From IMG/VR virus record IMGVR_UViG_3300046092_000036, positions 1,224 through 65,223 of that record: a stretch of DNA of 64,000 bases. One strand, 5' to 3'. This document shows positions 18,601 to 29,212 of this stretch, piece by piece; the first letter of the stretch is position 1; the number at the start of each line of letters is the position of its first letter. Source of the DNA: a virus. Its lineage: Duplodnaviria; Caudoviricetes. Position numbers and translations under genes: made by a program. The notes under the pieces are model-generated. The model searched no databases, had not been told where the DNA came from, and saw only the letters and a program-made list of their open reading frames with translations.

Positions 18601-21600
18601 ATTATTAATAACTTTTAAGTTGCTAAGCTTGTCTCCTGCTATGCGAGTAATATCGTCTGTTGTAAAAGCGCGCATTACAAGTTTTAATCTACTTACGCTT
18701 ATGGTGTTATACACAGCTTTTATTAGTCGAACAGCATCACTAGCGTTTCTAGTCTGCATTATTAACTGACCAATAGAGGTATTCATGTCAGTGCTACTAT
18801 GAGACAACCTAAGTTTTCTAAGTGTGGTCTCTACCATCTTTAGTTGTTTAGGCGCTTTAGGTGGCTTAGGTGCTTTGGGTTGCTTAGCCTTAGCTGCTGA
18901 CGGTTCACTAGACTCAAATGCCATGTCTGGTAAAGGTGCAGATAACAACTGATCGGTAACAATAATTAGGTCTTGGAGAGCGGACATATGCTTCTCGTCC
19001 ATATCAAACAACTGACGTATGCTCTGTACAAATCTAGTAAACAACCGATCAATAAATCCAGGTGCTTCACCCGCATAAGTTAGTTCTTTGTTGCCAGGAG
19101 TAATAATAAGAAACTCTTGCATGGCAGGTAAAGACATACCGTAAGCTACAAATTCTTTAATATCAGTAAAGGCTTCGTCAGGAATGTTTAACATGTCCTG
19201 AGTTAGTACCCCTAGATTGCCTGATTCTAATGCTTCAACTTTAAGGCGATCATAGTTTTGCTTAGCTGCATCCATAAGATACATAAGCTCGAGTATTGGT
19301 ATAGCTAGGGACCGAGGTGTAGGTGTGTAACCTTCTTTTAACTCGCTTAATTTAAAATAAGCATCAATACGAGCAACGGTTGCAGCATGTAAAGCTTCGT
19401 GTAATACAACAGTATTGTTAATACCGCCTTCACGCATTACATAAATAGTCTTTCTATCAGGCACGTATAGACCCGCTGCCCCCACCATCTTGTCTCGTAA
19501 GAACGTAGTAGGCATGTCGTCTGGGCTATCTACTACAACAAACTCAACCCCAGTAAGGAAAGGTAATAAACGTTTAGCTAGTAATTGTTCAAAAGGATTA
19601 CCATTTCGAGCTATATAGTTAACCGCACCTTTAGCAAAATCAAATTTCTCAAATGCCGTGTTATCCTGTCCATTAGTGGATTCGCTAATTTGGGCACGGC
19701 TAGGTGCGCCTATTTTTTGCTTAGCTTCGTGTCTTTGCTTACCAAGCTCACGCTCTTGAGGGTTAGCTTTCTCTAGTAAAGCAGTAGCTCTTTTACCCGC
19801 AGCTTTATTTTTTTGGTCTGGATCAACAGATAAACTATGTGCAATCTCAAGAGCGCCTATGCGTTCTTCTCTTAAACCAAACAGAGTATCCTGAGCTTCT
19901 TTCTCAGTGCCAGAGTTCTCAATAATGGCTTGCTCGTCAACTACCTTACCTAGAATCTTCTCAGCTTTAGTAATGTCAGTAATAGCGTTGCGACCTATTT
20001 CTTGACGTCCCTTACGATATGCAGCGGCAGCGGCTTGTTGCTCTGGAGTCTTGTCAGTCTTTGGTCTACCACGAGGCTTACCAGTTTTAACTGGGGGTGT
20101 TATGTCTTCAACAGGAGCTTCTTCCTCAACTATTGTTGTATCCGCAGGTGGGGCTATGTCGCCTTCAGCTAAGTTTTCTAAAGCTATTAATTCTTCTACT
20201 ATGGCACGACCTTGCGCCTCATCAAAAGTACCAGCTTCAAGAATGTTTCTTAGGTCTATTCTTCTTTGTTCTTGTTCAGCAGTTAATGCGCTTGTTGGAG
20301 TAGGTGCACCCATACCAGACGCCATTTGTTTTTGACGTAGGCTTTCTTTAGCATTTTTTAATGCTTGCTCATCTGTTAACTGAGGATACTTAGCTTTTAG
20401 TTCGGCAACTAGTGTATTGAGTTCAGCTGCTTCTCCGCCTCCAACATCATTAATAGTCGTGCCAGTTGCTGCCAAGTCTCCTTGGGTAGTGCTTGCAGTT
20501 CCTGTGTCGGTTCCGCTTGTTCCGCTAGGCACAGAAACGCCTGATTGATCTGTTCCACCGATAATTGATTCAAGTCCATCTAGTCCACCTTCCTGCAGTA
20601 TGGCATCACCAGCAATAGCAAAAGCTTCTTCTTCAGTATAAGGACGTCCACCTGTTCCATCTTTTTTTACTGTCTTAGGATTTACTGTGCCTTTTAATCT
20701 TTCAACTTCATCATTAAATTGTGCACCTAAAGCCTCCATAGCTCCAGGTTTGTTAAGCATTTCAAGAGTTTTCTTTTGGTTTTCAACTGCTTTAGCTTCT
20801 TCTTCTCTTTTTGCAATGGTAGAAGGTAAACGTTCATAGGCTTGTTGCCCACCAAATGCTCCTGTCTCTAATAAGCTACTTGGGCCTTCACCAGCGGCTT
20901 CTAAAAGTGCTCGACCAGGTTTTTTAACCTCACCTTCAGTAGCAAGCTGTGCAAGTATTTCACCACCAGCACCACTAACCATTTGCGCAACTGGTTGAGC
21001 TACTCCAATATTGACAGCTTCTTTTGCAAATTGATTTTTTATTACTCCTTTAGGTACAAGCATTTTGCTAGCTAATCCAGCAGCTGCTGTATCTGCAACA
21101 GCAATAATAGAACCTCGTGCTAAGGCATGCTCATACGCTTTAGCAAATAGTGTGGGATCGTTTAATGCTTTGTTAACCGCTATAGGGTCTCTAGTATTGA
21201 TTCCGTTATCTTGGAAGTATTCCATAACTCCAGAGGACAATTCACTAGCAAAGCTAGTACTACCCATAGCCAACGCACCCACAGTAGGATTACGTGTTAT
21301 AGCACCCAATATAAGAGCAGGAGCAACCTGTGGCAAACTTTCTAAAGACACACTTGCCATAACCCCAAAAGGGTCAGCTTGAAATGCTTGAAATGCCTGT
21401 CGTGCAGTTGTTACATCATTTAATAGTTCAACGGCTGGTCTTTTTTTAATTTTACTAACTTCTGCTTGAACACCCATTACTTTCTTTTGTGCTTCTGCTT
21501 GCCGTACCTGCAATGATTTAATTGCGGCTTCAGCTTCTTCTGGTTGAAGAGGGGTCATCTCTCCAGTTAATGGATCTCGTGGACCGACCTTGCCTTCTCG

Positions 21601-22053
21601 TATTGCATTAATTTCTTTTTGAAGACTAGTAATTTCTAAGTTTGGAACAAGAGTTGATAAACCTTTAACCCCTGCTTTTATTGGATCAGTCTGCCTCTGT
21701 AAAAAAGGCACCTCTGCTTCGTATTTTGCAGTTGCTTCTGCCAGTTGCTTCTTTTGTTGCGCAGTTAAACCTGCACCTGGTTGCGCTGCAAAGGCCCCTC
21801 TAGGGGTTTCCATTTGTGAAGTTACTTCTTCAGGACTACTTATAGGGGAAACTTCTGTTGTCGGGGCAACTGCTTTAGCTACAGGTTTAGCTACAGGTTT
21901 ATCTTTTGCAATCAGATGGGTCAATATGTCGGTATCAGCAAGACCCGCTTCCCTAGCCCCTGCTAGGTTGTATTTGTATTTGTTGGCAAGGTAGTTATTA
22001 ATCTCAGCGTCGCTAAGACCTGCTTTCCTTGCACCTTCAACGTCATATGCCAT
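15679..22053 (-). CDS. giant internal virion/ejection protein (2124 aa) with zincin-like HExxH
   Basis: Last late gene; VVLHEALHAAT; helical, with hydrophobic segments. Confidence 0.75.
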   Translation of the reverse strand: MAYDVEGARKAGLSDAEINNYLANKYKYNLAGAREAGLADTDILTHLIAKDKPVAKPVAKAVAPTTEVSPISSPEEVTSQMETPRGAFAAQPGAGLTAQQKKQLAEATAKYEAEVPFLQRQTDPIKAGVKGLSTLVPNLEITSLQKEINAIREGKVGPRDPLTGEMTPLQPEEAEAAIKSLQVRQAEAQKKVMGVQAEVSKIKKRPAVELLNDVTTARQAFQAFQADPFGVMASVSLESLPQVAPALILGAITRNPTVGALAMGSTSFASELSSGVMEYFQDNGINTRDPIAVNKALNDPTLFAKAYEHALARGSIIAVADTAAAGLASKMLVPKGVIKNQFAKEAVNIGVAQPVAQMVSGAGGEILAQLATEGEVKKPGRALLEAAGEGPSSLLETGAFGGQQAYERLPSTIAKREEEAKAVENQKKTLEMLNKPGAMEALGAQFNDEVERLKGTVNPKTVKKDGTGGRPYTEEEAFAIAGDAILQEGGLDGLESIIGGTDQSGVSVPSGTSGTDTGTASTTQGDLAATGTTINDVGGGEAAELNTLVAELKAKYPQLTDEQALKNAKESLRQKQMASGMGAPTPTSALTAEQEQRRIDLRNILEAGTFDEAQGRAIVEELIALENLAEGDIAPPADTTIVEEEAPVEDITPPVKTGKPRGRPKTDKTPEQQAAAAAYRKGRQEIGRNAITDITKAEKILGKVVDEQAIIENSGTEKEAQDTLFGLREERIGALEIAHSLSVDPDQKNKAAGKRATALLEKANPQERELGKQRHEAKQKIGAPSRAQISESTNGQDNTAFEKFDFAKGAVNYIARNGNPFEQLLAKRLLPFLTGVEFVVVDSPDDMPTTFLRDKMVGAAGLYVPDRKTIYVMREGGINNTVVLHEALHAATVARIDAYFKLSELKEGYTPTPRSLAIPILELMYLMDAAKQNYDRLKVEALESGNLGVLTQDMLNIPDEAFTDIKEFVAYGMSLPAMQEFLIITPGNKELTYAGEAPGFIDRLFTRFVQSIRQLFDMDEKHMSALQDLIIVTDQLLSAPLPDMAFESSEPSAAKAKQPKAPKPPKAPKQLKMVETTLRKLRLSHSSTDMNTSIGQLIMQTRNASDAVRLIKAVYNTISVSRLKLVMRAFTTDDITRIAGDKLSNLKVINNAVDDMAGMRTRMIRELAEKVPAWINFNQKYKKGGKALADVINAATLLQVDPAKHPDAATAIQNDPALKRIENDILNPSTDPKTLPNLKKQRTERTAAIKLLYEGGVLDNPITGEKFTMLGWDALGKFGKGEGHAIYKMARDSYKQTFDLHEKLLKEKIASSNVPGDINDASTPKGKLIAAITKTFQEARLLDIYFPLMRYGNFWFSKGKGKSGEFYMFESATARNAAVEARVAELNKAGGTNRSLAKMIEDGDIDVGDDIRKLREKHVESSDMLKEIFAMLDSNKMSDIEAVKDNIYQMYLMTLPDKDIRRKFVHRQGKTGFSADAIRNFITSQHTAANQLARLSYADKIRNGIAAAYAEIAQNPDKLKLSVLIREISARALDEITPSIPDEGIDWNKVAATGNKFVFYWLLTSPKSALIQMTQLPIVGLPTLGAEFGIGKATATAARYSALWNKFSTTKTDADGNITTNWGQPSIGDSKYVTEHKDPAYRKALKDAWNFANDKDIFMSTYAGDMTAMADVPTGQYHNIVSRGTRGVFNFMGGAFHHAERISREIMFMSSFELAYADYKQKGMDDKAAFDAATEKALQLTYDALFNYTQYNKPRLMKGSPGAKLATQFLTYPLQMTSYLVRNFYGMLPFLNKDEKKEAAIKFFGTLGMTGLFAGVTGLPLYSFIMGVSEGVRELMRDEEDEDYDEDDEGNPLGKRNLDLWFRNSFIPSYFGPDSNLADALGLSEEDAKTLARGVEMGPLSAVTGLNLGASTSLDGLWFRDDSPGNTSREAFQNFIFGFSGPIGSIGSNIAGAFDDFNNGQINRGFEKLAPAWLRGGLTSYRLSKEGATTPKGDEIVNAEFYTTGKLAAQALGFGNTEVAQIQKSNFMAKQIVAKIEKEKATLLNRLDIAVRNDDDDKVDSILEQVDKFNTKNSMLPIDGETISKSLQSREERRSKSSQGLSVTDAQAPFVYPLVEGTRSVDKR

Positions 22054-22056
22054 TAT

Positions 22057-24381
22057 TTAACTATCAAAATCAGCAGGGTTTACTTTACTACTAGCTTTTG
22101 GTTTATTGCTGCCTCCACCAGATTGATTTTTAGTCATTATTTCATCCCGTACTTGTTCTTTAATTTGCGCTTTTATAGTTTTTTTCTCTGCAGGAGAAAG
22201 GTCTTTATAGTCAGGTTGCGCTTCACGGGCTTTAATTCTAGCTTTAACTCTATCGTTTCCAGGAGTACCAAACGTAGAAACTTCTTTATTAGCATCATCT
22301 CTAGTAAGATTTTGTCCAGTAACATTTACTTGTTGTTGTGCAACACCTGCACGTGCCATTTGGGCTTGTTGCACTTTACTTAAATAATCGTTCCTACCTT
22401 CAAGAAGAATAATTTCTTCAGGTCTATTATCGTTCCTAGCTCTTGCATCTGCTAAATAACCTCTAGCATGATTATCTGCTTTATCTGATATAGAAGCTCT
22501 TGTACCTGCTACTTCTAACTTATTAAGGCGCTCTTGTCCTTTTTCGTACATAGCATTACCAGCAGTGATATCACCTTGTTTCATTAGGCGCTGACCCTCA
22601 GCAACTTCAGCTAGACCTTTTGCTGTATCTTTCTCACGACCTCTAAGGTCTTCTTCACGGGCAATCATATTAGGCAACGCTGCTTTACCTGCTCTAGCAG
22701 CTGCAACACCTAGGGGGCCTGCTTGGCTAGCTAAGTTAACACCAAAGTCTAATAAGTTATAGCCAGCTTTTTGTTTTCTAGCATCTGGTAAGGCAGCTTG
22801 TTCTTTAGCGTAATAGTCAGCAAGTCCAGCTTTAGGGGCGCCAATACCAGCGGACTCACGTTGTTTTCTAGCAAAGTTCTCATACTTCTGACGTGCCATA
22901 AACTCTTGTTGCAAGCGAGCTGCTTCATCTTCGTCTAAGTCTACTTCACCCTCATTAGCAAAAGCCACAATACCACCACTAGCGGCACTCAATGTATCCA
23001 TAGCACCAGCTGGGGCCGCAGGTAATCCGACTCTTTCTGATACTGGAGTAGGCATAGGTCTTTGATCTTGTGCAATAGAAGCTTGAGCTTGTTGCTCAGC
23101 TTGTGCCCGTATTTCTTTTTCTTTCATTATTTCTAACGCCATAGTGCGCACTTCTTCACTAGAGCTAGTTTGAGCTACTTGTTTTAACTGTTCTACAGGC
23201 ATCATTTCTAACTTAGCTCTAATACCTTGAACCGCTGCACTGCTAGGATTGGCTTGGGTTAAACCTCGGTTAGCATATCCAGCAACTCCGCCTTCTGCTA
23301 AACCTCTGATAGTTCCCCCCTTTGCAAACAAACCAGCTTGCTTAGCACCAGCTGCACCAGCTAAAAGGCCAAGACCTTGATTAAGTTGAGAAGGTTGAGC
23401 TTGATAAGTCTGAGTTGTAGTTGCTTGTAATGGCAAACCACGAAGCATATTAGACATAAAGCCCAACTGCATCATTGGATATTGTTGTTTTGTAGCGTAA
23501 TCAGTAATAGCTTGGTTAATCTTATTCTGTTCCATGGTCTGCTGTTGAGCACCCATTTGATTTTGCAAACCAATAACATCTTTTTGAGCGCCTAGTTGAG
23601 CGCCACCTAATTGCCCCAACTGACCAGCCATCTGACCAAATTGACCTAAACCTTGCAACCCAGCTTGTCGACCTTGTAAACCTAAATTAGCACCAAACTG
23701 TTGTTGTTGCTGAGCATTTTGAAATGCGCTTTGAGCGCCAGTAGCTTCAATACCTTGCAGTTGAGACATCAAACCACGCTGAGCTTCAGCTTGTTGCAGT
23801 GCAAGACGATTACCGCCAAAAGCACCTTGACCAACAGCTTGTCGTGCCATTAGAGGTTGACCCATTTGGTAATCACGCAAAGCCTGAGACTTTTGATAGT
23901 CAACAACGTTTTGCATATATGGAGACATGTATGCTTGAGTAGTACGTGGGTCAGTTGCACCTAAAGCAAACTGTTGCCCAGTACCCGCCATGTCATTAGC
24001 TAAACCTAAAGAACCCACACCAGCCAAACCTGTCATTTGAGTAGCTTGACCATACTGACCAGGAACTTGTAAGTTAGATGTGTCCTGCATTGCCCGCTGC
24101 TGCATTGGGCTAAACCCAGCAAAATAGTCGTTTACATTAGAGCTGTAAGGTGTGTAGGGCTTAAAACCTGTAATCCCAGAGTCGTCCATATTGAACAACT
24201 GTTTCTGGGTAGCCTCTAACATATTTGTTACATAAGGCTTTGCATACTCAGGAACGTTTGTGTTGTACGAAGTATTTTGTTGAGGTGGAGGAGTACCCCC
24301 ACCACTACCGCCACCACCCATGTATGGGGTGCGAGTTAACTCTGTAGTCCAACCGCTGTGTTTAGATTTTAAAATACTCAT
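22057..24381 (-). CDS. internal virion/ejection protein
   Basis: Gln/Gly-rich, YMSPYMQNVVD, GAFGG.R, xxGG motifs. Confidence 0.7.
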   Translation of the reverse strand: MSILKSKHSGWTTELTRTPYMGGGGSGGGTPPPQQNTSYNTNVPEYAKPYVTNMLEATQKQLFNMDDSGITGFKPYTPYSSNVNDYFAGFSPMQQRAMQDTSNLQVPGQYGQATQMTGLAGVGSLGLANDMAGTGQQFALGATDPRTTQAYMSPYMQNVVDYQKSQALRDYQMGQPLMARQAVGQGAFGGNRLALQQAEAQRGLMSQLQGIEATGAQSAFQNAQQQQQFGANLGLQGRQAGLQGLGQFGQMAGQLGQLGGAQLGAQKDVIGLQNQMGAQQQTMEQNKINQAITDYATKQQYPMMQLGFMSNMLRGLPLQATTTQTYQAQPSQLNQGLGLLAGAAGAKQAGLFAKGGTIRGLAEGGVAGYANRGLTQANPSSAAVQGIRAKLEMMPVEQLKQVAQTSSSEEVRTMALEIMKEKEIRAQAEQQAQASIAQDQRPMPTPVSERVGLPAAPAGAMDTLSAASGGIVAFANEGEVDLDEDEAARLQQEFMARQKYENFARKQRESAGIGAPKAGLADYYAKEQAALPDARKQKAGYNLLDFGVNLASQAGPLGVAAARAGKAALPNMIAREEDLRGREKDTAKGLAEVAEGQRLMKQGDITAGNAMYEKGQERLNKLEVAGTRASISDKADNHARGYLADARARNDNRPEEIILLEGRNDYLSKVQQAQMARAGVAQQQVNVTGQNLTRDDANKEVSTFGTPGNDRVKARIKAREAQPDYKDLSPAEKKTIKAQIKEQVRDEIMTKNQSGGGSNKPKASSKVNPADFDS

Positions 24382-24791
24382 ATCTTTGCCTCTAATATAG
24401 TGTAGCGCTCTTCCAAACCAACCTGTTTATAAAGACGTGCGGCAGATTCCCTAGCGGCACATTGAACTTTAGTTGCCCCATTAGCTTTTAACAGCGCACA
24501 CACCTGCCCAAAAACAACTCTATTTACAATTGCTTTACCAGCCATTGCAGTAATAAGTCCAATACGATCATTAGGCATATTATAAAAATTAACGGATGCG
24601 GCGCCATGGATAACGTTTTCCTCATCTGTTGCTACTAATAATACCCAGGAACCACTAGCCAGTAAACCTTTAATCTGATCTAAAGTGTATTCATCTCCAC
24701 CAAATTTTAACGCACTTGCAAATAAATCCTTTACCAAAGGCCATGTCTGGTGAAAATATTCTACAAATACAGGCTTAACTGTAATTGTCAT
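24378..24791 (-). CDS. GNAT-fold-like virion assembly protein
   Basis: 137 aa between ejection genes; GATKVQCAARESAARLY..G. Confidence 0.5.
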   Translation of the reverse strand: MTITVKPVFVEYFHQTWPLVKDLFASALKFGGDEYTLDQIKGLLASGSWVLLVATDEENVIHGAASVNFYNMPNDRIGLITAMAGKAIVNRVVFGQVCALLKANGATKVQCAARESAARLYKQVGLEERYTILEAKI

Positions 24792-26446
24792 GCTGGCATA
24801 AACTTGCTGGCTTTAACGGCAGGAGCTTGTTTCTTTTTGCCTGTACGAGCTTTACGAATCTTGTCCATCATACTGTATAGTTTTTTAGCGCCAGCGTCAG
24901 TAGAGCCATTGCCGAGATGAGAAACCACATCCGCAGGAACAACAAATTCTCCGTCAGCAAGACGAGCAGGCTGCTTACCAGCAATAGAGGCAGGAATAGA
25001 ATCAGACATGCCGTCGCCAGGACCTTTAAGCATACGCCCACCATCCGAGTAACCCCCTAAGTTATAGCGCATAGTGCCGCCATCAGCGGCTTCTTCTACG
25101 TCAAATTGACCTAAACCTTTAATAGAAGTTTTTGGTAACGCAACACCCTTCATTCCCGCAGCTTTGCGTTTTTTGTTTAGTCCAATCAAGGTAGCAGTTA
25201 AAGCATCTTTTTTAGCTGTGTCTATGTCTGGATCACGATATATACCAGTACGCGGGACTCCAACGCTTTCTGGTAGTGGACGTATTTCTTCTTGATTATC
25301 TAAATAATCTTGGGCTACGTTAACCCGCCCTCTAGATGCGTATCCAGCAATACCGCCAGAAGCCATAGCTACACCAGGCATCTGTACATTGTTACCTAAA
25401 GCATTCGCGCTCATACGGTCTACTGGACCGTTAATTTGAGTAACACCACCCGTTGCATATTGTGCTTGATAGTAAGGGTTAGGCTGTGGGGCTTCGTATG
25501 CTTGATAATTAGGACTTAATTTGTATTTTTGTAACCGTCTATCGTATTCGTCTTCTTGATACCCAGCTGGTCCTGCACCACCACTTTGTTGATCTTGCAT
25601 TAGTAATGGTACTGCTGCACCACCTATAGTAAGAGCGTTGTCTTTAAGAAACGTACCAGCGGTGGATGCACTTGTGCCAACTTCTTTAAGTCCTGTGGCC
25701 ACATTACCTGCTGTAACCGCACCTGCGCCCCCTGGAGCAGCCTGAGCTGCACTTGCTCTACCAAGAGAACCCACAACTTGGCTAGGAGAAGACCCACTCG
25801 CTACTAAATCTGGCACTGCGGCTTGAGAGGCTTGTAGTTGTGCAGGAGTTAGCCCTGGAAAATTTGTAGGGTTAATAAATTTTTGAGCTGCTTCCTGAGT
25901 AAATTGTTCTGCTCCACCCGTTTTAGCATATAAATCTGCATAGTTAGAAGGTAAAGTTGTTCCTTCTAAAGCAGCTACTTTTGCGGCTTCTTTGGCTGCT
26001 TCCTGTGATCCTGCTGTAACGGCTTCTTGACCAACTGTTTTAAACCCTTCGGTAGCCAGGTTTTCCGCTGCCGTCAGACCCGCTTCAGCACCTAAACCAG
26101 CTAAACTAGTTGTTAATCCAGCACCACCATAAGCACCTAAACCAGCTATCAAACCTTTTTCTACACTACCTGTAGCCAAACCATAACCACCACCTACTAT
26201 AGCAGCGGCAGCTAAAGGGCCTACTCCAGGAATTAACATTAAACCCGCACCAGCAACCATAGGGAGTATTTGTTCTAGGAACCCAGCTTCTACAAGACCT
26301 GTATCGGGGTTAATAGTAAGAGAGCCGCCGTTAGCCAAAGCCAAGGCTTGCAAGCCTTTAATCTCGTTCTTGGACATGTGGACGAGTTCAGTATCAGGTC
26401 CTCGACCTCTAGATTTTAGGTGTTGTGCGGCAACGTGCAGGCTCAT
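24788..26446 (-). CDS. internal virion/DNA-transfer protein
   Basis: GRGPDTELVH, TINPDTGL.EA, GPGDGMSDSIPA, LADGEFVVPADVV. Confidence 0.75.
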   Translation of the reverse strand: MSLHVAAQHLKSRGRGPDTELVHMSKNEIKGLQALALANGGSLTINPDTGLVEAGFLEQILPMVAGAGLMLIPGVGPLAAAAIVGGGYGLATGSVEKGLIAGLGAYGGAGLTTSLAGLGAEAGLTAAENLATEGFKTVGQEAVTAGSQEAAKEAAKVAALEGTTLPSNYADLYAKTGGAEQFTQEAAQKFINPTNFPGLTPAQLQASQAAVPDLVASGSSPSQVVGSLGRASAAQAAPGGAGAVTAGNVATGLKEVGTSASTAGTFLKDNALTIGGAAVPLLMQDQQSGGAGPAGYQEDEYDRRLQKYKLSPNYQAYEAPQPNPYYQAQYATGGVTQINGPVDRMSANALGNNVQMPGVAMASGGIAGYASRGRVNVAQDYLDNQEEIRPLPESVGVPRTGIYRDPDIDTAKKDALTATLIGLNKKRKAAGMKGVALPKTSIKGLGQFDVEEAADGGTMRYNLGGYSDGGRMLKGPGDGMSDSIPASIAGKQPARLADGEFVVPADVVSHLGNGSTDAGAKKLYSMMDKIRKARTGKKKQAPAVKASKFMPA

Positions 26447-26484
26447 ATACGCCCCTTAGGGTTATTTTGTGTTGATTTTATCAT

Positions 26485-26784
26485 TTAAACAGTTGTTCCA
26501 TCAGCTTTTTTCCATACAGTCCCGTTCCACCAAATGGGTCTATCCAAAGTAGTGTCGTAGTAAATCTGCCCTATTGGTAGTGGTGCTTGTAAGGACTGTA
26601 AAGGTCTTTCTGCAGTAGTTCCATAAAGAGGAATAGCAGCTGCTTGAGTAAAGTTATCTATCTGGTTAAAGTACAAACGAAGCACGTTGGAATACTGATC
26701 AAAATATACAGGACTGTATCCCGTTGCTGGAGCATTGGGTAAATTAGGTGCTTTTGGTGAGCGTAATGGGGCGTTATATGTCAT
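26485..26784 (-). CDS. hypothetical tail-associated protein
   Basis: PNLP.AP, LRLYFNQID, GQIYYDTTL. Confidence 0.7.
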   Translation of the reverse strand: MTYNAPLRSPKAPNLPNAPATGYSPVYFDQYSNVLRLYFNQIDNFTQAAAIPLYGTTAERPLQSLQAPLPIGQIYYDTTLDRPIWWNGTVWKKADGTTV

Positions 26785-29201
26785 TATCTGCGTCCGTCTG
26801 GTCTTATATCAATACGTGGATAACCCATCTGCCAAGCAACACCTAGTCCAGTAGACTCAATTCTATACGCCATTTGCCTACCTCTAATGCGAGTGTAAAC
26901 TTGTCCAGTAAATTGTTGCACTGCATAAGTTTTTTGAGTTGTATAGTTTTGTGTACTTGCCACTCTAGGGGCATTAGGCGCCCCATAAGCTGTTCCTGCG
27001 TTAACACGAGGCAATACCACCATAGTTACTTCTGGTAAATTTGCATTAGAACCGTTAAAAGTTAAGTCAGGTAGTATGCGCCAGACAAACCCAAAGTTAT
27101 ACCCGTCACCGATATCAAAATCAGATGATTGAATATAAGACACAATAGGCACTGGGGTTAACCCTGATACATCATCATTACCATTTTCGTGATAAAGGAT
27201 TCGGTAGTTAGCAGCGTCAGCGCCCATTGGGAATGTACGTAAACCTGAATCTAACCAAGCAGTGCGGCTCATAGTTCCGTAAGACCATACATCATCTAAA
27301 TAATCGTAGATAACATAGCGGTCAACAATAGTGCTATTAGCTGAGCAGTAGAACCACCAAATTTCGTTGTAGCCTTCTATAGACCCAGCAAACACTTGAA
27401 AGTTTTGATTTTGATTAATGTCTTGATAAACGTATTGACGCAGAGTAGAGGGCAAAGTTTCCACACGACCAGTGTATTTATAGAACTTATCAGTACCCAT
27501 CCAGTAAGTTACGTTATTAACCGTAATAGACGCATTAGGTCCCATGATAGAAATATTGTCTTGTAGTAGTTGGAAACCCCAAACATAAGGAGGTCCAAGG
27601 TACTGCATAGAGTATATAGCTGCGTCAGTCCAAATTAATATCTCTTGGCGGGTTGATTTAGCACAGACAATGTAAGAACCAATATTAAGACGGAATTCGC
27701 CAGCCTGGTTTGTTACTGCGGGTACCCACTCATAAGGGTTTTCTTGGTCAGCCCAGCGGACTAACAATGGATCAAATGTAGTATTAGCATTTGCGGGGTC
27801 GTACGGGTTAGCACCAAAAGCAATTACAAAACGTTGAATTGCTGAACCAATAATTTGATTAGTTGTATTTGGTACAAACTGCCCTGAAAAACCTTGTGTC
27901 GTAGATAGGGTATTTAAAAGAAGTGCTCTAGCGCTAACGCCAGAGGTAGCTGACCAATAGTAAATACCACCGCCACGAGGGGCAATAATTAAATCTTGAC
28001 CAAAGTTATCGTTACTCCATATACGAAGCTGTTGTGCAATACCAACATCTGCCGCAGAACCCCAAGGGCGTGAACCATACTGTGGATAAGCTATAACGGC
28101 AGAACCACCACCAACTGCTCCGTATGCTGCAGGGGCTACCAAAGTTATAGTGTATGTATTAGCATCTACATAAGTAAGTTCAAACGTGCTATTTAGCCAA
28201 GCTGCTGGAACAGCAACGTTAGTAGCAGTTACTCCATACATGCCATAAGTGCCTGTAGCAAAACCGCTAGTGCCAGAAATACTAAATGTAGTCGGTGTTG
28301 CTGTTAAATTAGTTACACCTAAAAAAGCTACCCAAACAATAGAAGCTGTGCCTGAGCCAGTACCCACACCAGTAGCAGTAAAAACTGTGCCAACCGTATT
28401 GGCTGAAGCGCCAATTAAAGTAAAGTTTGTAGATCCTACAGCAACAATTTTGTATTGTTGTCCAACAATAAAGGAACCTGCGGAAGTTAAATAACCGTGA
28501 GCATTTTGTGTAACTGTAACAACAGCGCTACCAGCAATTGCGGTAAATGGGTTAGCACTTAAAGCAACGGTATCTGTTGGAGACCAACTACCTGCGCCCC
28601 AGCCTGTACTTGTAGTATAAGTATCATTACCTACAGGGTATAAATATTGGACGGTTACTGTACCGCCACCCGTTGTTGTAGATGTTGCCGCTGCGCTAGC
28701 TGTTATTTCGTATTGAAGACTGCTATTAAGTTTTGTTACTACGTATTGACCAGAAATAGTTAAGCCACCAACAGTAGCAGTGCTAGTTAAGTTTACATAA
28801 TCACCAACACTAGGAGATATTCCACTAATTGCATCGTTTACCGTTACGACGGCAGAACCGTTTGTTGTACCTAAAGCATTGGCGCCTAGGGTAGTTGTTG
28901 TATTGCCACTACCGTTTAACAACAAGGGGGTTATATCGTTATATTCGCCACCCTGTTCAATGTAGTATTTTTTACTTGTGCCAACACCTAATAAGTTAGA
29001 ACCAGCTAAAGTACCCCAATTCCAAAGCGCTCGGCAAATACCAAGAAAAGTGTTATTAGAAAGACGTGTCCACCCACCAATTTTTTCAGCATTACCAGAA
29101 CGAAAACGAACTTTGTCGCAGTCAAACCAACCACCTTCATTGGTGTAGTTTGTACCCTCTTTGTTTATACCAGGTTTAAAGACTAGTTTTTGTAATGGCA
29201 T
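26784..29201 (-). CDS. tail nozzle / head-stabilisation (P22 gp10-like) protein
   Basis: 805 aa, beta-rich; KPGIN, WSNDNFGQD, VRWADQE, EIWWFY; Thr/Gly-rich insertion. Confidence 0.7.
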   Translation of the reverse strand: MPLQKLVFKPGINKEGTNYTNEGGWFDCDKVRFRSGNAEKIGGWTRLSNNTFLGICRALWNWGTLAGSNLLGVGTSKKYYIEQGGEYNDITPLLLNGSGNTTTTLGANALGTTNGSAVVTVNDAISGISPSVGDYVNLTSTATVGGLTISGQYVVTKLNSSLQYEITASAAATSTTTGGGTVTVQYLYPVGNDTYTTSTGWGAGSWSPTDTVALSANPFTAIAGSAVVTVTQNAHGYLTSAGSFIVGQQYKIVAVGSTNFTLIGASANTVGTVFTATGVGTGSGTASIVWVAFLGVTNLTATPTTFSISGTSGFATGTYGMYGVTATNVAVPAAWLNSTFELTYVDANTYTITLVAPAAYGAVGGGSAVIAYPQYGSRPWGSAADVGIAQQLRIWSNDNFGQDLIIAPRGGGIYYWSATSGVSARALLLNTLSTTQGFSGQFVPNTTNQIIGSAIQRFVIAFGANPYDPANANTTFDPLLVRWADQENPYEWVPAVTNQAGEFRLNIGSYIVCAKSTRQEILIWTDAAIYSMQYLGPPYVWGFQLLQDNISIMGPNASITVNNVTYWMGTDKFYKYTGRVETLPSTLRQYVYQDINQNQNFQVFAGSIEGYNEIWWFYCSANSTIVDRYVIYDYLDDVWSYGTMSRTAWLDSGLRTFPMGADAANYRILYHENGNDDVSGLTPVPIVSYIQSSDFDIGDGYNFGFVWRILPDLTFNGSNANLPEVTMVVLPRVNAGTAYGAPNAPRVASTQNYTTQKTYAVQQFTGQVYTRIRGRQMAYRIESTGLGVAWQMGYPRIDIRPDGRR

Positions 29202-29212
29202 ACGGATTTACC

